64,000 nucleotides of DNA from Rhynchopus sp. YZ270_cl-10 (GCA_964035575.1 OZ037840.1:682001-746000); one strand, 5' to 3'; positions 48,503-60,188 are shown, numbered from the stretch's first letter. Program-made: numbers and translations. The notes: a model not told the origin generated them from the sequence alone.

Positions 48503-50257
48503 ATGTGGAGCATAAAGCGTTGGTACAGATCCGTGCTGTCCTTGGATGGCACGCTGAGCAAGAGGAAGCAGCAGGTGCGTGCGCTGTTCTTTGGGTTTAA
48601 TGTTGCCACCCTTCTGGGGGCACTTGTGTACATACCATCCAGCACGGAAAAATTTGACCTAGAGCCTATTTTTGCAGTGGCACTGATTATAGTTTCCTTC
48701 GTGTCGCTCTTCGCGGTGTTGGCGGTGCTGTCTAAGATGAACCTGACAGCCGGCCTGATGACCTCATGTGCGTACGGCAACGGGTTTGCCATGTGCCTGG
48801 GCGATCTGACCTACCGTGTGAAGGGGGATACGATGTGGGCACCCTTAGTGCTCATAGTCGACCTCCTGCTTGTGATGGAGGTGCCCACACGCTACACAGT
48901 GGTGTTCGTTGCTGGTGTCACAGTGTGGCTGTGCACTGCGTCGTTTGAGGAAATGTTTCGCTTTGGCCTGTTCGACCTTCCCGGGTTGCTCCCGCAACAC
49001 GGTGTTCACGGGAGATGGGAGCTACACCGTAAGCAAGGTGAGTGCACGGAGCTTCCCTGTGCCAGGGACAATGGTCTGCTGGTGTCCGCGGTGGCAGTGT
49101 TCCTGATTGACTTCATCGCAACAAGGGGCTTTGCACGTGACATGCTAAAGGAGCAGGCAACAATGCAGAGGACGATTAACGTGGTGCAGGAGATTGCGAG
49201 TCTGCTCGCAAGGTACGATGTGGAGGAGGTGGCGGAGTTGCTGGCGACACACGAGCATGAACTACCTGAGGGGATGGCGGCGGCACTGCGGAGGTTGGAG
49301 CAGAACCTGCGTGTGTACAAGGCGTACCTCCCGCAGACGTGTCTGCCGTTTGAGGAGGATCTTCACGAAGGGGACAGTGCCAGTTTCACTTATTCGAGCG
49401 AGACAAGCTCACAAGCTTCCAGCAGGCGAATGAGTGTTGTGAAGCCTGAGACAGTGGTGCGTGTCTTGGGTCTTGCTCAGGCAAAGGCAACACTGTTCTC
49501 AGTGAACATCAAAGACACACTGCGTCTGCTTGAGGATGACAGCGCACGCTTCTCTGAGCTCTTCACAGCAATGCTGCTGGGCGTGTTACGTGCAACAGAA
49601 GCAAAGCAAGGGATGGTGGACGTCTTCGTGGGGGACAAGGTCCACTGCTCGTTCAACGTCTCACGGAAGTGTATAACCCACGCCACCTCAGCACTGCATG
49701 CAGCAACAATGCTGTTTCGGACAAGCAGCAATGACTTGTCTGCACACTTCAACATCGGGATAGCGACTGGGAAGCTGCTGCGTGGTGACATGGGGTGTGA
49801 GGTGATGCGCCGCTTCAGCATGGTGGGTGCGCTTGTGCGTGACGTGCACCTCATTGAACGTGCAGGACGTGTGTTTGGCTGTGACGTGCTGTGCAACCGC
49901 ATCTGCTTCAGCGATGCTGAGTGTGAACACCAAGTGCGTCTGATCCCCTGCAAGGTTGAAGTGTCACAGGGCTGCGAGACTGAGGTTGTGGCTGAGCTGG
50001 TGGTATCAGACGACAAGCTTGCTGTTGGCGCCAACGAGGACAACGAGTGGATGTACGTTATTGGAGACAACAGGCGTTGGGATGCTTACAACACAGCTGT
50101 GCGCATGTATCTACTGGGGTCTGCGACGGCAGATGATGTGAGTGCTCAGGCAAAAGAGGGCGACCGCATCAGCACCCCAGTGACCGTAGTGGCGGGTGCA
50201 ATACGCGTGTTGAACTTACCTGTGTACGATAGTCTGGCGAAGCAGTGCACACAATAA
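48503..50257 (+). CDS. Multi-TM protein with degenerate class III cyclase domain (pseudo-cyclase) P1
   Basis: TM module homologous to the adenylate cyclases (LSLDGTL, W.PLVL.VD.LLVM, RFGLFDLPG, C.ELPC, IDFIATRGFAR). Cyclase-like motifs LFSVNIKD, VDVFVGD, IGIATG and GDMG...RFSMVG lack the first Asp and the N-xxx-R motif. Confidence 0.85.
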   Translation: MWSIKRWYRSVLSLDGTLSKRKQQVRALFFGFNVATLLGALVYIPSSTEKFDLEPIFAVALIIVSFVSLFAVLAVLSKMNLTAGLMTSCAYGNGFAMCLGDLTYRVKGDTMWAPLVLIVDLLLVMEVPTRYTVVFVAGVTVWLCTASFEEMFRFGLFDLPGLLPQHGVHGRWELHRKQGECTELPCARDNGLLVSAVAVFLIDFIATRGFARDMLKEQATMQRTINVVQEIASLLARYDVEEVAELLATHEHELPEGMAAALRRLEQNLRVYKAYLPQTCLPFEEDLHEGDSASFTYSSETSSQASSRRMSVVKPETVVRVLGLAQAKATLFSVNIKDTLRLLEDDSARFSELFTAMLLGVLRATEAKQGMVDVFVGDKVHCSFNVSRKCITHATSALHAATMLFRTSSNDLSAHFNIGIATGKLLRGDMGCEVMRRFSMVGALVRDVHLIERAGRVFGCDVLCNRICFSDAECEHQVRLIPCKVEVSQGCETEVVAELVVSDDKLAVGANEDNEWMYVIGDNRRWDAYNTAVRMYLLGSATADDVSAQAKEGDRISTPVTVVAGAIRVLNLPVYDSLAKQCTQ

Positions 50258-51082
50258 TTCACGTTGGCACCTCAGATTGTGCCATCCACGACATTTTTGT
50301 GTACATATGTGCACTGGAGCAGGGAAGCGTTCAACACGTTAACCTCTTCCCTCGCTATTGAGGTGGACGTGTGAGGCGAAGCTTTTACATTACCCTCCCC
50401 ACACCCTTTTTTTTCTTCCCCTTTTTGTCCCAACACGACCCATTTTCGAGCTTCTGTCATTGTGCCAGATGCAGGCCTCCTTCCGCAGGTATGCAACTGT
50501 ATGACAGGCAGCGTCTGCAATGAAACATCTTTCCAGATGTAAATGCACTTAGGACTGCATGGTGCACCGGTCATGTAAGGTGCACTGTCATGAGAGGGCT
50601 TTGTATAATTCTGGGGGGCAAAATACCGGTTTTAATTTTTACTTTTTTTTTTTTTGAGGGGAGGCAATTACACAGGAGAGGACCGGTAATATTTATTCTT
50701 TATTTTCCCTCCCCAACACACCTTTGTTGTCAGACCGGTCTTGCCGCCCACATCCTTGTTGGGAGTTGTGCTGTCTGTATGCTACTTTGGGATACTCACG
50801 TTGTGCTTATTGTTTATTTTGTTATTTTCCTTTTCTTTGTAATTTATTCTAGTACGGGTCATCTGGGCAAGCGTCGCTCAACCAATGATACGTGGTCGCC
50901 GTTTTTTATTACGCCAGATACAAGTTAGAATATCTCGTTTTCCGTTTTCTTTTCAGCTGATTTTCCTTTTCTAGTGTTTGTCGACCAGTGGTTGTTTCTC
51001 GGTAACTGATCATTATTTGAATTCACCACGACTCTTTGGTCCCAAAACATGTCGGTTCTCGGATTTCGTACTTTCAGGGCTA

Positions 51083-51714
51083 CCTACTCCCCCCCGTGCA
51101 TAAGTCTGCGTATAAGTCCGATTTTTGGGGGGGCTGAGGGCCTCCGGATTTATACACAGGGTTTCGGACTTATGCACGGGTTTCGGACTTATACACCGGT
51201 TTTGTGCACCCAGACCCATGCAGTGTCACATGACCTCAGTGTGAGTGACCCACACATGAGGGAATGTGACACCAATCTTCATGCTTCTCATGTCAAAACA
51301 TCATCCTCACAATTCTCAAAGATGCGAACCTGTTACTGCAAAATTGTGGAAAACTTTGCACCCCAAACGGTATCTACAGCCAAAAGGTGCCCTTTGTTGC
51401 TGGGAGTTGCTTCTCATGTTTGATACACTGCACAGCAGGCATGCCTCTGAGTCCAACGCTGTTTGGCCTGCCTGCCGCGTTGTACCGAAGGTGCACGAAG
51501 ACAGGGTAAATTTTCGTGATTCCTGGTGAATGCACCGCCAATAAAAATAAAATTGCGCTCGCTTCGCGAGCGGGAAAACGCCCCAAAAAAGTTCTCCCCA
51601 GTACAGAAAACCGGTGCATAAGTCGGCCTGTGCATAAGTCCGATCCTGAGCCCAAATCTGCCCGGACTTATACACGGGTAATGGGGGTCGGACTTATGCA
51701 CGGGGGAGGGTAGG
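51083..51714. mobile_element. TA-flanked (Tc1/mariner-like) non-autonomous element
   Basis: TA|CCTACTCCCCCCCGTGCATAAGTC...GACTTATGCACGGGGGAGGGTAGG|TA; GGACTTAT.CAC subrepeats. Confidence 0.78.
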
Positions 51715-52094
51715 TACATGCTTTATGTTCTATTTGTATGTAGTTATGTATTTTCCAAGTGGACCTGACTACCCGATGTTACACTTACTTTTATATGAAA
51801 CAATTTTACTTTTAATCCTACCTTTTAGCGAAAAACACTCCCACCCTCCCCAATACAGAAATCTGTTTTTGTCCCCAGACTGCCCCCCTGTTTTAGATAC
51901 GGAGTGCCTTTTGTTTTAAATAAAAAGTATTTATTGCTTAAAACCCCAACACACCTTCCCGCAATGCTCCTACACCAACCTACTGCACCTATCCTCTGCG
52001 ACCTCTGGCCTGGGTCGGTTGCATTCATCACGACGTTCTTTCTGACACACACACCATCACCACACCACAGGACTCTCAAACTAGGGTTTGCATC

Positions 52095-53843
52095 ATGTGG
52101 AGCATAAAGCGTTGGTACAGATCCGTGCTGTCCTTGGATGGCACGCTGAGCAAGAGGAAGCAGCAGGTGCGTGCGCTGTTCTTTGGGTTTAACATTTCCG
52201 CCTTTATTTTTGCACTTCTGCTTATACCATCCAGCAGGGAAAGATTTGACCTAGAGCCTATGTTTGCAGTGGCACTGACTATGGTTTCCTTCGTGTCGCT
52301 CTTCGCGGTGTTGGCGGTGCTGTCTAAGATGAACCTGACATCCGGTCTGGTGGTCTTGTGTGCGTACGGCTACGGGCTTGCCGTATGCATATCCGACCTG
52401 GCACACCGTGTGAAGGGGGAAACAATGTGGGCACCCTTAGTGCTCTTAGTCGACTTCCTGCTTGTGATGGAGGTGCCCACACGCTACACAGTGGTGTTCG
52501 TTGCTGGTGTCACAGTGTGGTTGTGCACTGCGTCGTTTGAGGAAATGTTGCGCTTTGGCCTGTTCGACCTTCCCGGGTTGCTCCCGCAACACGGTGTTCA
52601 GGGGAGATGGGAGCTACACCGCGAGCAAGGTGAGTGCACGGAGCTTCCCTGTGTTAGGGTCAGCGTGGTGTCCTCGGTGGCAGTGTTCCTGATTGACTTC
52701 ATCGCAACAAGGGGCTTTGCACGTGACATGCTAAAGGAGCAGGCAACAATGCAGAGGACGATTAACGTGGTGCAGGAGATTGCGAGTCTGCTCGCAAGGT
52801 ACGACGTGGAGGAGGTGGCGGAGTTGCTGGCGACACACGAGCATGAACTGCCTGAGGGGATGACGACGGCACTGCGGAGGTTGGAGCAGAACCTGCGTGT
52901 GTACAAGGCGTACCTCCCGCAGACGTGTCTGCCGTTTGAGGAGGATCTTCACGAAGGGGACAGTGCCAGTTTCACTTATTCGAGCGAGACAAGCTCACAA
53001 GCTTCCAGCAGGCGAATGAGTGTTGTGAAGCCTGAGACAGTGGTGCGTGTCTTGGGTCTTGCTCAGGCAAAGGCAACACTGTTCTCAGTGAACATCAAAG
53101 ACACACTGCGTCTGCTTGAGGATGACAGCGCACGCTTCTCTGAGCTCTTCACAGCAATGCTGCTGGGCGTGTTACGTGCAACAGAAGCAAAGCAAGGGAT
53201 GGTGGACGTCTTCGTGGGGGACAAGGTCCACTGCTCGTTCAACGTCTCACGGAAGTGTATAACCCACGCCACCTCAGCACTGCATGCAGCAACAATGCTG
53301 TTTCGGACAAGCAGCAATGACTTGTCTGCACACTTCAACATCGGGATAGCGACTGGGAAGCTGCTGCGTGGTGACATGGGGTGTGAGGTGATGCGCCGCT
53401 TCAGCATGGTGGGTGCGCTTGTGCGTGACGTGCACCTCATTGAACGTGCAGGACGTGTGTTTGGCTGTGACGTGCTGTGCAACCGCATCTGCTTCAGCGA
53501 TGCTGAGTGTGAACACCAACTGCGTCTGATCCCCTGCAAGGTTGAAGTGTCACAGGGCTGCGAGACTGAGGTTGTGGCTGAGCTGGTGGTATCAGACGAC
53601 AAGCTTGCTGTTGGCGCCAACGAGGACAACGAGTGGATGTACGTTATCGGAGGCAACGGGCGTTGGGATGCTTACAACACAGCTGTGCGCATGTATCTAC
53701 TGGGGTCTGCGACGGCAGATGATGTGAGTGCTCAGGCAACAGAGGGCGACCGCATCAGCACCCCAGTGACCGTAGTGGCGGGTGCAATACGCGTATTGAA
53801 CTTACCTGTGTACGATAGTCTGGCAAAGCAGTGCACACAATAA
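52095..53843 (+). CDS. Pseudo-cyclase P2
   Basis: Close paralog of P1 (582 aa). Confidence 0.85.
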   Translation: MWSIKRWYRSVLSLDGTLSKRKQQVRALFFGFNISAFIFALLLIPSSRERFDLEPMFAVALTMVSFVSLFAVLAVLSKMNLTSGLVVLCAYGYGLAVCISDLAHRVKGETMWAPLVLLVDFLLVMEVPTRYTVVFVAGVTVWLCTASFEEMLRFGLFDLPGLLPQHGVQGRWELHREQGECTELPCVRVSVVSSVAVFLIDFIATRGFARDMLKEQATMQRTINVVQEIASLLARYDVEEVAELLATHEHELPEGMTTALRRLEQNLRVYKAYLPQTCLPFEEDLHEGDSASFTYSSETSSQASSRRMSVVKPETVVRVLGLAQAKATLFSVNIKDTLRLLEDDSARFSELFTAMLLGVLRATEAKQGMVDVFVGDKVHCSFNVSRKCITHATSALHAATMLFRTSSNDLSAHFNIGIATGKLLRGDMGCEVMRRFSMVGALVRDVHLIERAGRVFGCDVLCNRICFSDAECEHQLRLIPCKVEVSQGCETEVVAELVVSDDKLAVGANEDNEWMYVIGGNGRWDAYNTAVRMYLLGSATADDVSAQATEGDRISTPVTVVAGAIRVLNLPVYDSLAKQCTQ

Positions 53844-54221
53844 TTCATGTGAGTGGGAAACCAATACGGAAATGAACCTTGCAAAATGATAGTGCGTGTC
53901 TTTCGTTATGTTTTATTCTCCACATTACCACACTTCGCAACGTCACAACGGAGAGAAATCTGGCGGTGAAAAGTGGAGGGGGGAAGGCATCCCAGTTTTC
54001 CGCGTAGTGACCCGGGAGAACAGTCATGGTCCTGCTGGTTTTCATTGTTTCTCTAAGTCTCCTTCTGGGGTTCTTTATACGTTGTCCCTTTGTTTATTTG
54101 AGTCTCCTGCTGTTTTGTACTGTAAATTTAAACGTAAATATGTTGGAACGGAATAATGTTAATGCTTTAAAAAATGCCAAGTGTTCCAACAGTATTACGT
54201 TCCAACATTTTTTTCGTTTAC

Positions 54222-54300
54222 TGGTGTGGCTGAAGGGGGGTGATTCGCACTTCTCGCGCACTTCTGCGCACTTTTTGCGCCCCCCCATTCAGCCACACCA
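54222..54300. mobile_element. Second copy of the TGGTG mini element
   Basis: TGGTGTGGCTGAA...TTCAGCCACACCA flanked by TTAC on both sides. Confidence 0.78.
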
Positions 54301-55211
54301 TTACCGGTATATTTTGCTCTTCTTTGTTTCTCTAAGTCTCCTTCTGGAGTTCTTTATATTTTGTCTTGTTTCCTGGAGTCTTCTGCCTGTGCCCTGTGCC
54401 TGATGTGTGTATTTTTTTGATAAAACAACTTGTTGTCAATTCTAAAAAGATTGGAGGCAGCGCTGCAGGGCAAACAAAACAGATTGAAAAAAACAGAAGC
54501 TTGCTTGTTTTCTTTGAGTACTCAATTAACCACAACAACCGTACTTCAGTTTAACACATTTTTTCACCTTTTTGTTTTATGATTACATGCAATGCTAAAA
54601 GGAAATTGAACACCGTACCCTACTCCCATCCTTTTTCCATTTTTTTAATCCGGGGCGGGTTGGAGTAGAGCCACATTTCACAGACAGGTCGAGGTGTGTG
54701 CGTTTCACCACAACCTCTCCCTTTTGTCTTTATTGTTTTTATTGCCTTATTGTTTTCGGGGGTGGGGGAAAAACATAAAAGGAAAAGTAGGGTGCGGTTT
54801 CAATTTTCCCGGCTTTGACCGCACAAACAAAAAAGGGTGTCAAAAGAAGAAACCCGTGTTCCTAAAGTACAGAAATGAGGTGAACAAGGAGAGGGCGAAT
54901 GAGAACGAAACGAAAACCCCTGTAGCCTTCATCATTTCCGTTCACAAAGAATTTTTTATACGGCTCACTCCATATAAACCCACCACCCCACAAAGGTAAC
55001 CTGAGCACTGTTCGAATTGAGTTTTAATGAATCCAGAGTTACCTCTCCTTCATTTTCCCTCCCCAACACACCTTCCTGCAATGCTCCTACACCAACCTAC
55101 TGCACCTATCCTCTGCGACCTCTGGCCTGGGTCGGTTGCATTCATCACGACGTTCTTTCTGACACACACGCCATCACCACACCACAGGACTCTCAAACTA
55201 GGGTTTGCATC

Positions 55212-56963
55212 ATGTGGAGCATAAAGCGTTGGTACAGATCCGTGCTGTCCTTGGATGGCACGCTGAGCAAGAGGAAGCAGCAGGTTCGTGCGCTGTTCTT
55301 TGGGTTTAATGTTGCCACCTTTCTGGGCGCATTTGTGTACATACCATCCAGCACGGAAAGATTTGACCTAGAGCCTATGTTTGCAGTGGCACTGACTATA
55401 GCTTGCTCGGTGTCGCTCTTCGCGGTGTTGGCGGTGCTGTCTAAGATGAACCTGACATCCGGTCTGGTGGTCTTGTGTGCGTACGGCTACGGGCTTGCCG
55501 TATTCATGTCTGACCTGACCAACCGTGTGAAGGGGGAAACAATGTGGGCACCCTTAGTGCTCTTAGTCGACTTCCTGCTTGTGATGGAGGTGCCCACACG
55601 CTACACAGTGGTGTTCGTTGCTGGTGTCACAGTGTGGCTGTGCATTGCGTCGTTTGAGGAAATGTTTCGCTTTGGCCTGTTCGACCTTCCCGGGTTGCTC
55701 CCGCAACACGGTGTTCACGGGAGATGGGAGCTACACCACAAGCAAGGTGAGTGCACGGAGCTTCCCTGTGCCAGGGACAGTGGTCTGCTGGTGTCTTCGG
55801 TGGCAGTGTTCCTGATTGACTTCCTCGCAACGCGAGGCTTTGCACGTGACATGCTAAAGGAGCAGGCAACAATGCAGAGGACGATTAACGTGGTGCAGGA
55901 GATTGCGAGTCTGCTCGCAAGGTACGATGTGGAGGAGGTGGCGGAGTTGCTGGCGACACACGAGCATGAACTGCCTGAGGGGATGGCGGCGGCACTGCGG
56001 AGGTTGGAGCAGAACCTGCGTGTGTACAAGGCGTACCTCCCGCAGACGTGCCTGCCGTTTGAGGATCTTCACGAAGGGGACAGTGCCAGTTTCACTTATT
56101 CGAGCGAGACAAGCACAGAAAATTCCAGCATGCGAATGAGTGTTGTGAAGCCTGAGCCAGTGGTGCGTGTCTTGGGTCTTGGTCAGGCAAAGGCAACACT
56201 GTTCTCAGTGAACATCAAAGACACACTGCGTCTGCTTGAGGATGACAGCGCACGCTTCTCTGAGCTCTTCACAGCAATGCTGCTGGGCGTGTTACGTGCA
56301 ACAGAAGCAAAGCAAGGGATGGTGGACGTCTTCGTGGGGGACAGGATCCACTGCTCGTTCAACGTCTCACGGAAGTGTGGAAACCACGCCACCTCAGCAC
56401 TGCACGCAGCAACATTATTGCTTCAGATGGGTGGCGATGACCTGGTCTCGCACTTCAACGTCGGGATAGCTACTGGGAAGCTGCTGCGTGGTGACATGGG
56501 GTGTGAAGTGATGCGCCGCTTCAGCATGGTGGGTGCGCTTGTGCGTGACGTGCACCTCATTGAACGTGCAGGACGTGTGTTTGGTTGTGACGTGCTGTGC
56601 AACCGCATCTGCTTCACTGAGGCAGAATGTGAACACCAACTGCGTCTGATTCCCTGCAAGGTTGAAGTGTCACAGGGCTGCGAGACTGAGTTTGTGGCTG
56701 AGCTGGTGGTATCAGACGACAAGCTTGCTGTTAGCACCAACGAGGACAACGAGTGGATGTACGTTATTGGAGGCAACGGGCGTTGGGATGCTTACAACAC
56801 AGCTGTGCGTATGTATCTACTGGGGTCTGCGACGGCAGATGATGTGAGTGCTCAGGCAACAAAGGGCGACCGCATCAGCACCCCAGTGACCGTAGTGGCG
56901 GGTGCAATACGCGTGTTGAACTTACCTGTGTACGATAGTCTGGCAAAGCAGTGCACACAATAA
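55212..56963 (+). CDS. Pseudo-cyclase P3
   Basis: Paralog starting MWSIKRWY at the conserved ATG. Confidence 0.85.
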   Translation: MWSIKRWYRSVLSLDGTLSKRKQQVRALFFGFNVATFLGAFVYIPSSTERFDLEPMFAVALTIACSVSLFAVLAVLSKMNLTSGLVVLCAYGYGLAVFMSDLTNRVKGETMWAPLVLLVDFLLVMEVPTRYTVVFVAGVTVWLCIASFEEMFRFGLFDLPGLLPQHGVHGRWELHHKQGECTELPCARDSGLLVSSVAVFLIDFLATRGFARDMLKEQATMQRTINVVQEIASLLARYDVEEVAELLATHEHELPEGMAAALRRLEQNLRVYKAYLPQTCLPFEDLHEGDSASFTYSSETSTENSSMRMSVVKPEPVVRVLGLGQAKATLFSVNIKDTLRLLEDDSARFSELFTAMLLGVLRATEAKQGMVDVFVGDRIHCSFNVSRKCGNHATSALHAATLLLQMGGDDLVSHFNVGIATGKLLRGDMGCEVMRRFSMVGALVRDVHLIERAGRVFGCDVLCNRICFTEAECEHQLRLIPCKVEVSQGCETEFVAELVVSDDKLAVSTNEDNEWMYVIGGNGRWDAYNTAVRMYLLGSATADDVSAQATKGDRISTPVTVVAGAIRVLNLPVYDSLAKQCTQ

Positions 56964-57132
56964 TTCACGTTGGTACCTCAGATCGTGCCATCCACGACAT
57001 TTTTGTGTACATATGTGCACTGGAGTAGGGAAGCGTTCAACACGTTAACCTCTTCCCTCGATATTGAGGTGGACGTGTGAGGCGAAGCTTTTACATTACC
57101 CTCCCCACACCCTTTTTTTTTCTTCCCCTTTT

Positions 57133-60100
57133 CAGTGTTTCCCAGCATCTCACCTAACTCTGAAAATAGGTGAGATTTTGCGGTTTTACGGGTTTTTGTA
57201 TAGGTGTGGCGAGCCCGGGCGCGCTTCGCGCGCCCGGGTCGCCACCTTAGCTCAAGTTGGGGGCCTCCGGCGGAATGTGAGAATTTCTCGGAGTTCGGCA
57301 CTTCATTGATATTTGCACCAGGCACACGTGGTATACGAATTATCAGTAAACTCAGTACATTTACAAAATAAACGGCAGTCATGGCAGGCATGGCACCCAA
57401 GCGAAGCCACGGTACGCAACATTAGTAAAAATTGTTGACATAAATGTCACTGTCGCTAGGGATTTTTGCGGAGCAAAAAAAAATCAAACAAATGGCGCCG
57501 CAGGCGAAAAAAAATTAGGGTACAGTGTAAAAACCTATCTTTTTACAGCACATAGTCACACACCTAACCCTTTTTTGCGGAGCAAAAAAGGGAAAATGGC
57601 GCCGCAGGCAAAAAAAAATTGAGGTACAGCCTGGATGGTGCGATCAGCAACCCAGTTCCCCTCACTGGGTACTCCCGTGGTTCAACCATGATTTTTTTTT
57701 TTTTTTTTTCCCTGCAGGTGAGATTCAGGCATTTTGCTAACCATCGTTCCATCGTTCCCTGTTTTTGGCGTTTTTTTTTTTTTCGGTGACATGACACTTG
57801 TGACATATCGTAGGAAATCTTTTAGTATGCGCGAAGACGATTCTTGTGCTCCTCACTTCTCCCCCACACTATGTCAATACAACAGGTTAGACCGTTTGGT
57901 CTGGGAGGGTTTGGGGTTTCTTCTTTCTCTCAGTTCAATCTTGAACAAATTCGAGAGGAGTTTTATTTATTTATTCAAAAAAAAAAAAAAAAAAGAGGAA
58001 AGAAGAAGAAGTTTAGAAAGGAGTAGGTTTCATCGTCAGAAGAACCCACCCTATTCAAACCCAAACCTTTGTATTGTAGTGTGATCTGGGGTGAGGAAGC
58101 GTTCCAACTTTTCAACCTCTTCCCCAATTTACCTTTCGCGCTTTTTTACCCTCCCCCGTTTTAGAATCAACAGAGAGTGTACGTTAAGATTTTTTTTTTT
58201 TTCATCGTTCCATCGTTCCCCCTAGGAAAAAGGTGGCATCATTCCATCGTTCCCCCTGGGAAAAAGGTGGCATCGTTCCATCGTTCCATGGACTGTACTG
58301 TGGGGTGTGTCACAGATGCAGAGACCCTGGGCTCAAGGGCTCACCGTGGGAGACCAGAACGCGACTCAATTGGTCAAACGCCGAAGGAAAAGGAAGCATG
58401 CAGCGTGGCGAAAGAATAAAAGTAGCGTACCGTGCGCCTGCGGCGCAGCTTGCAGCCCACCCTTCCCATGACATAGTTTGGCTGTAAAAGTGTGCAATTT
58501 TAAGCGCATTTTTTTGAAATGTTGCGTACCGTGTCTTCGCCAGAAACTTTCGTTTTAGCAAAATATGGAAGTAAAATTTACAGTCCAACCTCTATTTTAT
58601 AGATTTCTAATTTATAGAATGGCCAAAAATGGCCGAAAATTAATTAATTAATCTATAAATTACAAATCTATAAATTGCGATTCTATAAATTATAGATGGG
58701 TGACCTAGCCCCTACCGTTCCCCTACCGTTGCCCCCTTGTATACCCACCCCTGCTACCCGCCACCACTCATAATCTCTACAGTTTACCCACTTTCACTTT
58801 CACTTTCACTCATAAAATGTCCCTGTCCACTCTGTTCATTGAGAACGCGGAACAAAGCCACCCAGACTCCTTCTTCTCTCTCCAACATGCTAAGAGAGAT
58901 GTTGAAGAGCGAGCAGGTTCTCGCCGGGGATGAGGAGGCCATCCAGGCCTTTCTGAACAGAGCGCTGGTGGATGATGATGAGCAGCAGCAGCAGCAGCAG
59001 GAGGCGCAGCCTTGCGGGTTTACACACCACATCCTACAGAAAAAATACAAAATACCTTACCATACCATACCATACCATCAAAAAATTTTTCCGGCTCCGC
59101 CGGAAAATTGAAAAAAAAATAAGGGAAAACCTTTATTCGGCTCACAAAAAGTAATTTTTCCATCATTCGGCTCACAAAATAAAATTTTTCCATCATTCTA
59201 TCAAAGTCACTATAATTTTTCCTTCATTCGGCTCACAAAAGTTAATTTTTCCACCATTCTATCAATATTTTGCCAATTTTTCCATCATTCTATCAAAGTT
59301 TTTTTTTTCACTTTTTCGAGGAAATATTTCCACTGGAAAAAATTTTTGGGTAGGATTTTTTGCCCGTTTTTATAGGTTGTGGGAGGGAAAATTCGTAGGT
59401 GACTTATTGCGGCGAAGGTCACGCATGTCAGCAATCACACTATGTGCACCATAGTTTGATACACTTCTCATGTTATCGCAGGTCCGGGAGGCGACGGCGC
59501 CGACGATTCCTGTGTTGGCAACAGGGTGATCGTCAGAGGTGCAGGTGCGCTCGTGCTGGGTGATGCGACAACCATCACCGTCTTGCACCGCACACACCCT
59601 CCATGCACATAAGGAACCGGCACACAAGGGTCATTCGGGTGCCTGTGCGGTTCGAGACGCGGAAGGAAAAATGTGGAGGATGAAGGACTGCCACGTTACC
59701 GTCTCCTTTAGGTCATCCAAGCTGTTAAACTCGGCACCAGTGACCACTTGTCTTTGCATGTTTAGCAAACAGTGTGTAATTTGTGACCCTAGAACTATAA
59801 ATTTTTCGAAAAATGCAAAAAAAATGACCCCATTTTTCCTCAAAAAACCACCCAAATTTTTTTTTCCAGCGGCAAAAATTTCTTCGAAAAAGTGAAAAAA
59901 AAAACTTTGATAGAATGATGGAAAAATTGGCAAAATATTGATAGAATGGTGGAAAAATTAACTTTTGTGAGCCGAATGAAGGAAAAATTATAGTGACTTT
60001 GATAGAATGATGGAAAAATTTTATTTTGTGAGCCGAATGATGGAAAAATTACTTTTTGTGAGCCGAATAAAGGTTTTCCCAAAAAATAATTAATTATTTT

Positions 60101-60188
60101 CCCCTCTCAAAAAATTCCTAAAATAAATTATTTATTCTATAAATTATATTACTACAAATTACCCAAAATCTCACCGTGGGAAACACTG
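57133..60188. mobile_element. 3-kb hAT-like composite insertion in the P3 3' region
   Basis: CAGTGTTTCCCA...TGGGAAACACTG with CCCTTTT duplicated. The 3' flank resumes exactly as in the empty sites after P1 (~50420) and P4 (~62560). Confidence 0.85.
59123..60080 (-). mobile_element. Mutator-like (MULE) deletion derivative nested in the hAT-like element
   Basis: ~220-bp TIRs starting GGGAAAACCTTTATTCGGCTC; 9-bp TSD AAAAAATAA. Minus-strand remnant GAEFNSLDDLKETV...CAGSLCAWRVCA...I.QHERTC resembles the MuDR DNA-binding domain and is disrupted near 59630. Confidence 0.88.

Noticed and set aside
55017..55211. N-terminal ORF extensions of P3 (and P4, scramblase copies 2-4, UBL-LRR)
   Set aside because: They start at non-ATG codons or run through homopolymer tracts and are not open in all paralogs; the conserved ATGs lie downstream.
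58886..59111. Short ORF MLREMLKSEQ...QQQQQQ
   Set aside because: Short, inside a transposon-derived insertion, runs into simple repeats, no recognisable domain.
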